Positions 56,401-64,000 of a DNA stretch of 64,000 nucleotides are shown piece after piece (positions within the stretch are counted from its first letter, which is position 1; each line of letters begins with the position of its first letter). Below the pieces are notes generated by a model. The model ran no database searches and had not been told where the DNA came from. It saw nothing but the letters and a program-made list of their open reading frames with translations. The DNA comes from an uncultured Candidatus Bathyarchaeia archaeon (GTDB taxonomy: Archaea > Thermoproteota > Bathyarchaeia > 40CM-2-53-6). Both the position numbers and the translations under genes were made by a program. Where the stretch lies: the NCBI GenBank assembly GCA_964601325.1, contig CAZRNA010000003.1, forward strand, positions 4,629 to 68,628, written 5' to 3'.

Positions 56401-57060
56401 CTAACTTAGGCTGGAAAGGATTCTCTTCTTCTCGTCCTCGCCCAACTCTTCGTATCCTTTGCTCGTAACAAGGGCCACGTCGAAGCTGTCCCCGCTCGCT
56501 GAATCTCTCTTCATAGCGGAACTCACAGCTTTCACGACAACCGGAACTGCCTCTTTCACGGCCATGCCGTCCTTGAATTCATTCTCAAGGACGCCGTACG
56601 CCACAGGAGAGCCCGAGCCGGTTGAGACGCATTTCTCTTCCATTACGCTGCCTAACGGATCTAGGGCAAATATGTGCGGTCCTGAACTGTCGACGCCTCC
56701 AAGCAAGGCTTGAAGGATGAGTGGATAATACCTGTTGGCGAAAAGCAGATTGGATGTCAGGCTCGCGGCTGCTTTGACAGGCATGATCACGCCTTTCTCG
56801 TACTTGTACAGTTTCGAATTTGCCCTAACGATCTCGACGACGTTTTGGGCGTCGGCAACGCCACCAGCTATGGTCATTGCGAGATGATCATCGAGCTGGT
56901 AGACTTTCTTGGCTCGTTTATGGGCGACGAAATACCCCATCGTGGCACGAGTGTCGGTGCCGAGGACAACTCCATCATGGCAAACGAGGCCGACGGTTGT
57001 CGTCCCCTTCAGCACGTACTTCGATACTTTGTCTGTGGGTGGATTGTACATTTCGTTCAC
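56401..57060 (-). CDS. psmB: Proteasome subunit beta
   Basis: Propeptide followed by 'TTTVGLVCHDGVVLGTDTRAT' (catalytic Thr) and 'GSGS' motif. Confidence 0.9.
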   Translation of the reverse strand: MNEMYNPPTDKVSKYVLKGTTTVGLVCHDGVVLGTDTRATMGYFVAHKRAKKVYQLDDHLAMTIAGGVADAQNVVEIVRANSKLYKYEKGVIMPVKAAASLTSNLLFANRYYPLILQALLGGVDSSGPHIFALDPLGSVMEEKCVSTGSGSPVAYGVLENEFKDGMAVKEAVPVVVKAVSSAMKRDSASGDSFDVALVTSKGYEELGEDEKKRILSSLS

Positions 57061-57173
57061 TTACTCTCTCGGAGCAGTCTCGGGAAGACTTGAGAACCGC
57101 GCTTGAAAGAAAGCGCGAACCTATGACTTGCTGAAACGCTTAAAAACATTTCCCGAGCGCCGGGGAGAAGCTT

Positions 57174-57941
57174 CTATGCTGGCTTCTTTTCGGCGCTCTC
57201 TACGGTCTTCGTCTCCTCAGCCTTGGGAGGTGTTGGCTTCTTGTAAGTCTCAACGAATGAGATTTTCGAGACATCTGGAAAGAACTTCTCGATGTCGGCT
57301 GACATCGCTTTCTTGGCTAGCTGGAGGTCTTCGAGGAAGAAGGCTTCTTCCGGCACCTCGATTGTGAGTTCGCTTGGATTCAACTGTAGCCCGAACTTCG
57401 CTTGATCAACCGCAGGCAGACGTTTGTGCACGATGCTTCGAATCTTGTCTTCGGTCTTTTCGATCACGTTCTGGATTGAGACTTCGTAGACAAGAGTTCG
57501 TCCTGCTAGGGGGTGATTGTAGTCTACCTGTACCCTGCCTGCGCCGACAGTGCGAACCTGTCCGACCTTTCCGTCGAGGGTCACTTGTATGCCAGGCACC
57601 GGTGTGATTCCTTCGTTTCTGAATCTTCTCAGTGGCACAAGTCTGACCTTGGACGCATCCCTTGCTCCGTATCCCTTGTCAGGGGGGACCTCGATTGTTG
57701 AGGTCTGGCTCGTCTCTAGTCCTATGAGCCCCTCATCAAGACCCTTCGGGACCCAGCCCTCTCCCACAACTATGAAGAATGGTTCGTATCTGTGGATATC
57801 AGTCTCTTCGGCTCCTTCATGCTCGTGGTGTAGTCCCTTTTCCTTCGCAACGGATTCTATCGTTGTATCGACCACGTCGCCGCTCTCTTTTACCTTCAGA
57901 GTGTAGTTGGCCAGGACGAAATCGCCATTCTTGATCGGCAT
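57174..57941 (-). CDS. FKBP-type peptidyl-prolyl cis-trans isomerase (long archaeal SlyD-like form with IF domain)
   Basis: MPIKNGDFVLANYTLKV...GEGWVPKGLDEGLIGLETSQTSTIEVPPDKGYG...HPLAGRTLVYEVSI. Confidence 0.85.
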   Translation of the reverse strand: MPIKNGDFVLANYTLKVKESGDVVDTTIESVAKEKGLHHEHEGAEETDIHRYEPFFIVVGEGWVPKGLDEGLIGLETSQTSTIEVPPDKGYGARDASKVRLVPLRRFRNEGITPVPGIQVTLDGKVGQVRTVGAGRVQVDYNHPLAGRTLVYEVSIQNVIEKTEDKIRSIVHKRLPAVDQAKFGLQLNPSELTIEVPEEAFFLEDLQLAKKAMSADIEKFFPDVSKISFVETYKKPTPPKAEETKTVESAEKKPA

Positions 57942-58036
57942 TGCATGTACCCCAACGATTCCATTTGTCGTGTCCGATTTAACTCTTTGAGAGAATGTGG
58001 TGGCCGCGCCGCCGGCACACGTTCGGTGTTGTGATA

Positions 58037-59185
58037 TCAGTTTTGCTTCCCGAAAACGTCGCGAGAAGCTCTTGAGCCGATGCCGTATTCGAACTCAATT
58101 CCCAGGTCCACGAGTGTTGACTCGATAGCGCTGACAGTTGTGAGTATTTCGAATTCAGAGACTGTTCCCATCACTCCGATCCTGAACATGGTGCCTTTCA
58201 GTTTGCCCATCCCACCAGCGACCACAACGTGATAGCGTTCCCTGAGCAGATCCCTGAACTTCTTGTCATCTACCTTGGGCAGGTAATTGGCCGCCACAAC
58301 GACTTGTGATCTGAATTCCGCTCGAGGAAAGACATGAAATCCCAGCGCTTCGAGGCCCGCGTAGAGGGATCTTGCACAGAGATTGTGACGGTTGTAGCGG
58401 CGTTGAAGACCTTCCTCTTTGATCATCAAGAGCGCTTCATCAAGCGCATAGAATAATGTCACGGCTGGCGTGAACGGTGTCTCGTAGTTCGCTAGAAACT
58501 TCCGACACTCAAGGAGGTCGAAGTAGTATGACCTTCGCGCCGTCTCCACGATTTTCCAAGCTCTTTCATTGACTGATAGCATCACAAGGCCTGGTGGAGT
58601 CATCAGGCATTTCTGGCTTCCGGCCACGCATATGTCCACGCCCCATTCGTCAACTGGCAGAGCATCACCACCTAGAATCGAGATCGCATCCACAACAAAC
58701 AGTGCGCCATTATCGTGACAGATCTTGCCCATTTCCTTCAGGTTTCTTGTTGTCGCTCCGGTGGAGGTTTCGTTGTACACCACGGCTAAGGCTTTGATGT
58801 TCTTCTCTTTCTCGAATAGTTCTTCGACGCGTGCTGGAGTTATCGCGCTACCCCAATCGATCGGAATGTTAATGCCTTTTCCACCGAAGGCAGTCACGGC
58901 ATTTCCAAGCCTCTCGCTGAAGACTCCGTTGACGGGAACCGCGATCTTGTCCCCGTTCGATAGGATGTTTCTGATGGCACACTCGACACCTCCAGTTCCG
59001 GAGGCCGTGAACACAAAGACATCGCTTTTCGTCTCGAAGACGAACTTCAGGTTGTCGAGCATCCTCCGGTAAAGCTCGCGAAACTCCGGCCCTCTGTGGT
59101 TGATCACGGGCTTGGCCATGGCCCGCATTACTCGGGACGGAACATTAGTCGGCCCCGGCAACATCAGAAGCTGCGAGTTCTCCAA
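58037..59185 (-). CDS. Class V aminotransferase (serine-pyruvate/alanine-glyoxylate type)
   Basis: LMLPGPTNVP, FTASGTGGVE, VVDAISILGG, 'CVAGSQKCL' PLP-lysine motif. Confidence 0.85.
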   Translation of the reverse strand: MENSQLLMLPGPTNVPSRVMRAMAKPVINHRGPEFRELYRRMLDNLKFVFETKSDVFVFTASGTGGVECAIRNILSNGDKIAVPVNGVFSERLGNAVTAFGGKGINIPIDWGSAITPARVEELFEKEKNIKALAVVYNETSTGATTRNLKEMGKICHDNGALFVVDAISILGGDALPVDEWGVDICVAGSQKCLMTPPGLVMLSVNERAWKIVETARRSYYFDLLECRKFLANYETPFTPAVTLFYALDEALLMIKEEGLQRRYNRHNLCARSLYAGLEALGFHVFPRAEFRSQVVVAANYLPKVDDKKFRDLLRERYHVVVAGGMGKLKGTMFRIGVMGTVSEFEILTTVSAIESTLVDLGIEFEYGIGSRASRDVFGKQN

Positions 59186-59413
59186 TTCCCAAATCCCCGA
59201 TGCGTTGCTGCGTACCGAACAGTGAAAGATGCTTGAAAACTCTTTGCAAACGCAATTAGTACCGCTTGGCCAAGGATGTCATGCAAGGTCCTCTTGCCTA
59301 TCCTATACCGGTCCGGCTGGGGTAGGTCGTTGGAGGATGCAGAGCTGAAGCATGGGTTGTGCGGCATTCCGGTTGGAAACGTTTTCTAGTTTGAAGATTC
59401 ACCTGCTTAGACC

Positions 59414-60223
59414 ATGCAAATTGTCACGTTACTTTCAGACTTTGGGAATCGAGATCAGTACGTCTCTGAAATGAAGGGGTCGATACTGAGCCTTTGTCCT
59501 TCGACGACTTTGGTCGACATCAGTCATGAAATAGAGAAGTTCAGCATTCGAATGGGCGCCTTCGTCCTCGCTGCTGCTTCAACGTATTTCCCCGCAGGCA
59601 CAATCCATGTCGCGGTTGTGGATCCAGGAGTCGGCGGACAGAGGCGGGCTCTGCTCATAGAGACCCAACGGGCCACATACATAGGTCCTGACAATGGCAT
59701 ACTTCTCCCAGCGGCTTTGAGAGACGGAATCAAAGAGATGTATTCGATCGAGAACCGGCAATTCATGAGAAGTCCCGTTTCATCTACCTTTCACGGTAGA
59801 GATGTGTTTGCATATGCCGCAGGCAGAATAGCCTGCGGCGCAGAAGTGACTGAGGTCGGACCAGAGGTCTCTGATCCGGTTTCAGTCACTCTCGTGGGCG
59901 CGGAGAGCTCTCGTGAGAAGATCAGTTGCGAGGTCCTTGCGGTCGACTCATTTGGAAACATAGCGACGACTGCAAGCGAAAAGGATCTGGAAACGATTGG
60001 TCTTAAAGTCGGGGAGGGGCTCGTAATGCAAACGAAGCGGCGAGCATACCATCTGAGCGTAGAGAGAACCTACTCGGATACAGACAAGGGCAAGCCCGTC
60101 TTGCTGGTCGGAAGCTATGGCCTTCTCGAGCTCGCGATCAACAAGGCAAATGCGGCAAAACGATTTAATCTGTCGCCCGGTGATCGGCTCACTTTCCGGC
60201 GCCGGTTGGGTTATCGCTCATAG
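59414..60223 (+). CDS. SAM hydroxide adenosyltransferase (DUF62, fluorinase/chlorinase-like SAM hydrolase)
   Basis: MQIVTLLSDFGNRDQYVSEMKGSIL...VAVVDPGVG are the DUF62 hallmark motifs. Confidence 0.85.
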   Translation: MQIVTLLSDFGNRDQYVSEMKGSILSLCPSTTLVDISHEIEKFSIRMGAFVLAAASTYFPAGTIHVAVVDPGVGGQRRALLIETQRATYIGPDNGILLPAALRDGIKEMYSIENRQFMRSPVSSTFHGRDVFAYAAGRIACGAEVTEVGPEVSDPVSVTLVGAESSREKISCEVLAVDSFGNIATTASEKDLETIGLKVGEGLVMQTKRRAYHLSVERTYSDTDKGKPVLLVGSYGLLELAINKANAAKRFNLSPGDRLTFRRRLGYRS

Positions 60224-60737
60224 CGAGTTCCCTGATGCGTTCTATCCCGTGGATCTTCACAAGCGTCTCTGCAACGCTCCTTGGAACCAGCGATTCCCAG
60301 TTCTTCCCATTTAGGATCCTCTTGCGGATTTCTGTCGCCGAGTAGTCATGCCGTTGAAGGAACGGGATTCGTTCGACTCTGTATTCACGTTCCTTGAATA
60401 GACGTGATGTGAGTGCTTCATTCGTGAAAACTACATCAAACTTGGGTGTCTGGGATACAATGAAGGGAACCCAAGTCGCATGGATGTGGACGTCCCTGAT
60501 CGGGATTACAAGATATTTGCCTGGGTCTGTTCCTGCTTCCTTCAACGCGGCCCGTATCATCTCAACACGTTCTCCCGCAGTGAACGGATTCTTGTCAGAA
60601 TGACTGTACTCAGCGCTACCGACCATTATGATGAGCTCTTCCACGTGCTCCAGTGCATTCTTGATCGCGCCCAGATGTCCTAGATGGAATGGCTGAAATC
60701 TCCCTACGAATAATCCGCGCTTGAGCTTGGTTCCCAC
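60189..60737 (-). CDS. nadM: Nicotinamide-nucleotide adenylyltransferase (archaeal NMNAT)
   Basis: RGLFVGRFQPFHLGHLGAIKNAL is the (H/T)xGH nucleotidyltransferase motif in the archaeal NadM context. 182 aa. Confidence 0.9.
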   Translation of the reverse strand: MGTKLKRGLFVGRFQPFHLGHLGAIKNALEHVEELIIMVGSAEYSHSDKNPFTAGERVEMIRAALKEAGTDPGKYLVIPIRDVHIHATWVPFIVSQTPKFDVVFTNEALTSRLFKEREYRVERIPFLQRHDYSATEIRKRILNGKNWESLVPRSVAETLVKIHGIERIRELAMSDNPTGAGK

Positions 60738-60749
60738 CCTTATCTCACC

Positions 60750-61391
60750 TCAGAATGGATTCCACACGCAGCTCTGCGAGATCCTGTCTCTGTCGAATTG
60801 CACACCCTCACGCATCAGCAGCTCTCGTTTAGTCCGACTCCTGCCGTTTCTCTCAGACCCATAGTTCCCGATTTGAAGCGTTGACCGGACGACTCTATGA
60901 CAAGGGATGATAAGCGGGAGTGGGTTTCTAGCCATCGCGTTCCCGACTGCTCTGGAGGCTCCTTCTGAGCCGACTACCTTGGCCAGTCTCCCATAGGTGG
61001 TGACTTTGCCTTTGGGGATTCTGATCGTCATCTCGTAGACACGCCTCAGGAACTCTGAGGTGGGCATGAGAGCGACCTCTGGAGAATGATTGACGTCTAT
61101 GCCCGCGTAGATTCGGTGAAGCCCTTCAATCACTTCAGACTCACCTGATGAACGTGTCAAACCGCGCCTCAGATTACTGGGCAGAGACCAGATCGTGGAT
61201 TTCTCGGCCACTTTCCTGCTACCGCTGAAGCCGCAGGCCATCAGTCTTCCCTTCTCATCGGTCACCGCGGCATACCAGATATCGTTGCGCTTTGCCGAGC
61301 TCAGAATCAATGTTCGGGACCCGACTTGGCCGGAGATGCTCGTAAGGGTAAATAAACTAGGGGCATTCACCTGCGACGGGGGCAAAACCAA
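60750..61391 (-). CDS. ogt: Methylated-DNA--protein-cysteine methyltransferase (Ogt/MGMT)
   Basis: C-terminal 'NPLPLIIPCHRVVRS' (PCHRV active site) preceded by the HTH 'TTYGRLAKVVG'. The start is possibly internal. Confidence 0.75.
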   Translation of the reverse strand: MVLPPSQVNAPSLFTLTSISGQVGSRTLILSSAKRNDIWYAAVTDEKGRLMACGFSGSRKVAEKSTIWSLPSNLRRGLTRSSGESEVIEGLHRIYAGIDVNHSPEVALMPTSEFLRRVYEMTIRIPKGKVTTYGRLAKVVGSEGASRAVGNAMARNPLPLIIPCHRVVRSTLQIGNYGSERNGRSRTKRELLMREGVQFDRDRISQSCVWNPF

Positions 61392-62452
61392 TGATCGAAA
61401 TAGACGGCAGCCTCGGTGAAGGGGGAGGGCAAGTCCTCAGAACCTCGATCGCTCTCTCAGCCCTGCTCGGAAAAGAGGTCCACGTCAAGAACATTCGAGG
61501 CAAGCGACCGAATCCGGGTCTTCGCGCGCAACACATGACGGCGATCCGGGCGGTTGCCTCTCTCTCGGATGCTGAAACTAATGGGCTCCAGCTCGGATCG
61601 ACCGACCTGTACTTCACGCCAAAAAAGAAGATGTCTGGCTCGTTCAAGTTCGACGTAGGCACCGCTGGAAGCATCTCACTAGTGCTTCAGGCACTGATGC
61701 CCGCCTCGGCCTTCTCATTAGGCAAAACGGAGTTCGAGATAACTGGCGGAACAGACGTGAGGTGGAGTCCAACGATAGACTACGTCCGCTTTGTCGTGCT
61801 CCCTAACTTGTCGAAACTCGGCTATCTAGCAGAGTTGAAGCTGATCCAACGAGGACACTACCCCAAGGGCGGAGGACGAGTATTGATGATGATCCAACCA
61901 TGTAAGGGATTGATGCCTCTACAACTGACTGAGCAATCAGAGATCAAGAGAGTGCGCGGAATCAGCCACTGCGTTAGGCTCCCTGCCCATGTTGCCCAAA
62001 GGCAGGCAACCGCTGCACAAGACATCTTGAAGGAGATTGATCAACTAGGTGTCTCCGTAACATTGGAGACGTATCCTAGTGCGACTGACCCTCATGTCGC
62101 GCCGGGAAGCGGAATAGCTCTCTACACCGACAACGAGCCTGGTAGAGTTCTGGGCGCGGACAGTGTAGGAGAACGAGGAAGACCCGCCGAAGAAGTAGGT
62201 CGCCAAGCGGCGACCCAACTCGTGGGAGAGATCAACAGCGGCGCCCCGGTTGATAGGCACATGTCCGACATCCTGATTCCGTACTTGGCAGTGGCTGACG
62301 GCAGCTCAGAGTTTCGAACATCACTCATCACGATGCATACGATCACAAATGCGAGAATAGCCGAGCTCATATCAGGCGCAAAGATCACCATAGATGGTGA
62401 ACTCGGGAATCCAGGAATCGTAAGAGTGAAAGGAATCAGCCTCGGCCCCTAG
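61391..62452 (+). CDS. rtcA: RNA 3'-terminal phosphate cyclase
   Basis: MIEIDGSLGEGGGQVLRTSIALSAL...HMTAIRAV... The 353-aa length and motifs match RtcA. Confidence 0.9.
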   Translation: MIEIDGSLGEGGGQVLRTSIALSALLGKEVHVKNIRGKRPNPGLRAQHMTAIRAVASLSDAETNGLQLGSTDLYFTPKKKMSGSFKFDVGTAGSISLVLQALMPASAFSLGKTEFEITGGTDVRWSPTIDYVRFVVLPNLSKLGYLAELKLIQRGHYPKGGGRVLMMIQPCKGLMPLQLTEQSEIKRVRGISHCVRLPAHVAQRQATAAQDILKEIDQLGVSVTLETYPSATDPHVAPGSGIALYTDNEPGRVLGADSVGERGRPAEEVGRQAATQLVGEINSGAPVDRHMSDILIPYLAVADGSSEFRTSLITMHTITNARIAELISGAKITIDGELGNPGIVRVKGISLGP

Positions 62453-62718
62453 GCGGTCTTACGGGCCCTCGATATCCATATGACCTGACCGGTCTGTACA
62501 TTGATGATTCTCATAACACGATGAAAAGGAATTAGCGTCTCCTCTGATTCAGCCGTTGCATACGTGAACCACGATGGACCGACCTTCGTAATGAGGGATG
62601 CGTTGATCTCACGCATGTCTCCAGAGACTCCTCGATGAATGAAGTAGATGACATAGTTCCCGGCTCGTTCTCTTGCGTTCCATGTTATCTTCTTGAAGAT
62701 GTTCCTTAACGGATGCAT
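62449..62718 (-). CDS. Small conserved archaeal protein, possibly MJ1316/DUF504-type RNA cyclic-phosphate-end recognition domain
   Basis: 89 aa. 'HPLRNIFKKITWNARE...YVIYFIHRG...IPFHRVMRI...GQVIWIS' resembles the MJ1316 domain consensus as recalled. Convergent with rtcA with a 4-nt overlap. Confidence 0.4.
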   Translation of the reverse strand: MHPLRNIFKKITWNARERAGNYVIYFIHRGVSGDMREINASLITKVGPSWFTYATAESEETLIPFHRVMRIINVQTGQVIWISRARKTA

Positions 62719-62811
62719 GATAGGTCGGCCAAGGACAGTAGGACAGTCAACATCAACCTTAATAGAGTCGCCATTTCATGCGGAATCTGCGACTGGTTTC
62801 TGGTGACTTGA

Positions 62812-63414
62812 ATGAGTGAACCTTTCATGCCGGGCGCCACCACGATCGGCGTGGTCTGCAAGGACGGCGTAGTGCTCGCTTCTGAGAGACGTGTATCCTA
62901 TGGGTACTTCGTACAGAGCAAGAGCGGGAAGAAGGTCTTCCGAGTAAGCGACACGATTGGCGCCGCGTGTGCAGGGCTTGTTGGAGACATGCAGGTCCTG
63001 ACAAAGGAAGTCGCGGCTCAGCTCAGTGTGTACGCTTTCGAGCGAGACAGGGCTGCATCAGTGAGGTCGGCGGCGAAAGTCATGGCAAATCTTCTGTTTG
63101 AGAGACGCATGTTCCCATATCTAGCCCAGACCATCGTCGGTGGAATTGACGACGAAGGTCCAAGTCTCTTTGTACTCGATCCGCTAGGGTCGGTGATAGA
63201 TGACAAGTTTGCATCCGTGGGATCAGGTTCCGAGATTGCCATCGGCGTTCTGGAGGCAGAGTTCAAGGAAGGCTTGAGCGTTGAGCAAGGTAAAGAGCTT
63301 GTCAAGAAGGCAGCCAAAGCTGCGTTGGCGCGCGACATAGGAAGCGGGAACGGACTCGACTTTATGACGATCACCAAGAGTGGCATCAAAGAGGAAGGCG
63401 AATCTCTCAGCTGA
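62812..63414 (+). CDS. psmB: Proteasome subunit beta (second paralog)
   Basis: 'GATTIGVVCKDGVVLASERRVS' catalytic Thr after a short propeptide. 'GSGS' motif. Confidence 0.9.
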   Translation: MSEPFMPGATTIGVVCKDGVVLASERRVSYGYFVQSKSGKKVFRVSDTIGAACAGLVGDMQVLTKEVAAQLSVYAFERDRAASVRSAAKVMANLLFERRMFPYLAQTIVGGIDDEGPSLFVLDPLGSVIDDKFASVGSGSEIAIGVLEAEFKEGLSVEQGKELVKKAAKAALARDIGSGNGLDFMTITKSGIKEEGESLS

Positions 63415-63503
63415 CCGTCCGACTGCGAGTCGAATTTCGTTCGATGCCCGTTCGTGGGTCAACTCATTTATCCATCAGAAGCGAGGTCTAGCGGCGAACA
63501 TAG

Positions 63504-64000
63504 TTGCTATCGAAAGACGAACTTGCCGGACTGCAGCATAAGCTCACAGATTACGACAAGACAAGAGAGAAGCTGCTGGAGCTGACGAGGAAGACCGTTC
63601 GACTTGCCAGCTGGGCGATCGTTCAAGCCCACAGAGGGCAGATTTCAAAGGCCAAGACGACTCTGAGGGAAGCTGAAGAGAGCATTGCTCAGGTGCGAGC
63701 TCTCTTGAATGAGCGCTCTGAGTTCAAACAGGTCGGCTATGTGATTGTTGCTTTTCAGGAGTTCTCTGAGGCCAGGATTCTGTTGAGCTACGCAAGTCGG
63801 AAAAGGCTGCTGTCACAACGTGAAGTGGGCGTCGATTGGATGCCGTATGTGCTTGGCCTCTTGGATTTCATAGGTGAGCTTCGCAGGATGACGATGGATC
63901 AACTGAAGGTCGGCAAGCTGAAGGAGGCTCAAGGGACTTTCGAATCGATGGAGGCTCTCTTCGAAGATTTGCTCTCCCTTGACCGTACGTCAATAGTTCC
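63504..64000 (+). CDS. Translin-family protein (partial, runs off the 3' edge; TTG start)
   Basis: All-helical. '...EVGVDWMPYVLGLLDFIGELRRMTMDQL' resembles the translin 'GLxDxxGEL' region. Confidence 0.45.
   Translation, partial: MLSKDELAGLQHKLTDYDKTREKLLELTRKTVRLASWAIVQAHRGQISKAKTTLREAEESIAQVRALLNERSEFKQVGYVIVAFQEFSEARILLSYASRKRLLSQREVGVDWMPYVLGLLDFIGELRRMTMDQLKVGKLKEAQGTFESMEALFEDLLSLDRTSIV

Noticed and set aside
1-64000. CRISPR arrays, rRNA genes, transposases or integrases.
   Set aside because: No direct-repeat/spacer periodicity, rRNA-like conserved stretches or DDE/tyrosine-recombinase motifs were seen anywhere in the window.

Overview
This 64 kb window is archaeal chromosomal DNA at roughly 52-55% GC. 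Every identification below was made by reading the translated ORFs and the raw sequence; no database searches were run.

Archaeal marker genes: ribosomal protein L37e, an Sm-like (LSm) protein, aCPSF1 (a beta-CASP RNase), two proteasome beta subunits, an archaeal NMN adenylyltransferase, RNA 3'-phosphate cyclase RtcA, a DUF35/thiolase pair and a protein with a PGF-CTERM sorting signal. There are also two minus-strand tRNAs carrying putative introns, one of them at a non-canonical D-loop site.

Core genes: a partial aldehyde-dehydrogenase (P5C-dehydrogenase-like) gene that runs off the 5' edge and is therefore missing from the ORF track; a DJ-1/PfpI protein; a 1144-aa multi-PAS/GAF histidine kinase with a CheY-like response regulator; a MenB-like crotonase; an SDR oxidoreductase; DeoC; a CPA-type Na+/H+ antiporter; a P-type Ca2+-ATPase next to a GDT1/UPF0016 transporter; a class-V aminotransferase; a SAM hydroxide adenosyltransferase; an FKBP-type prolyl isomerase; Ogt; and a partial translin-like gene at the 3' edge.

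Accessory or unusual content:
- An island at about 22.9-29.7 kb holds a 998-aa chimeric protein (an amino-acid-transporter-like TM core, an internal winged helix and a second TM block). It is flanked by an N-terminally truncated phosphoesterase (PLC/AcpA family), a TPP-enzyme N-terminal fragment and a stand-alone 5TMR-LYT sensor-type membrane protein.
- An FdrA / DUF1116 (YlbE-like) / YlbF-like cluster (oxamate-carbamoyltransferase-like) sits beside a frameshifted copy of an unknown 220-aa protein. The intact paralog of that protein heads the thiolase-DUF35 operon.
- A eukaryote/bacteria-type alkyl-DHAP-synthase-like FAD oxidase sits next to a DAGK_cat lipid kinase.
- A single-motif LAGLIDADG endonuclease ORF abuts an intron-containing tRNA-Val.
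- RtcA converges on a small protein that may carry an MJ1316 (cyclic-phosphate-end recognition) domain.
- A GC-rich intergenic block (10.62-10.96 kb) looks like a structured ncRNA.

No CRISPR array, rRNA or transposase was seen.
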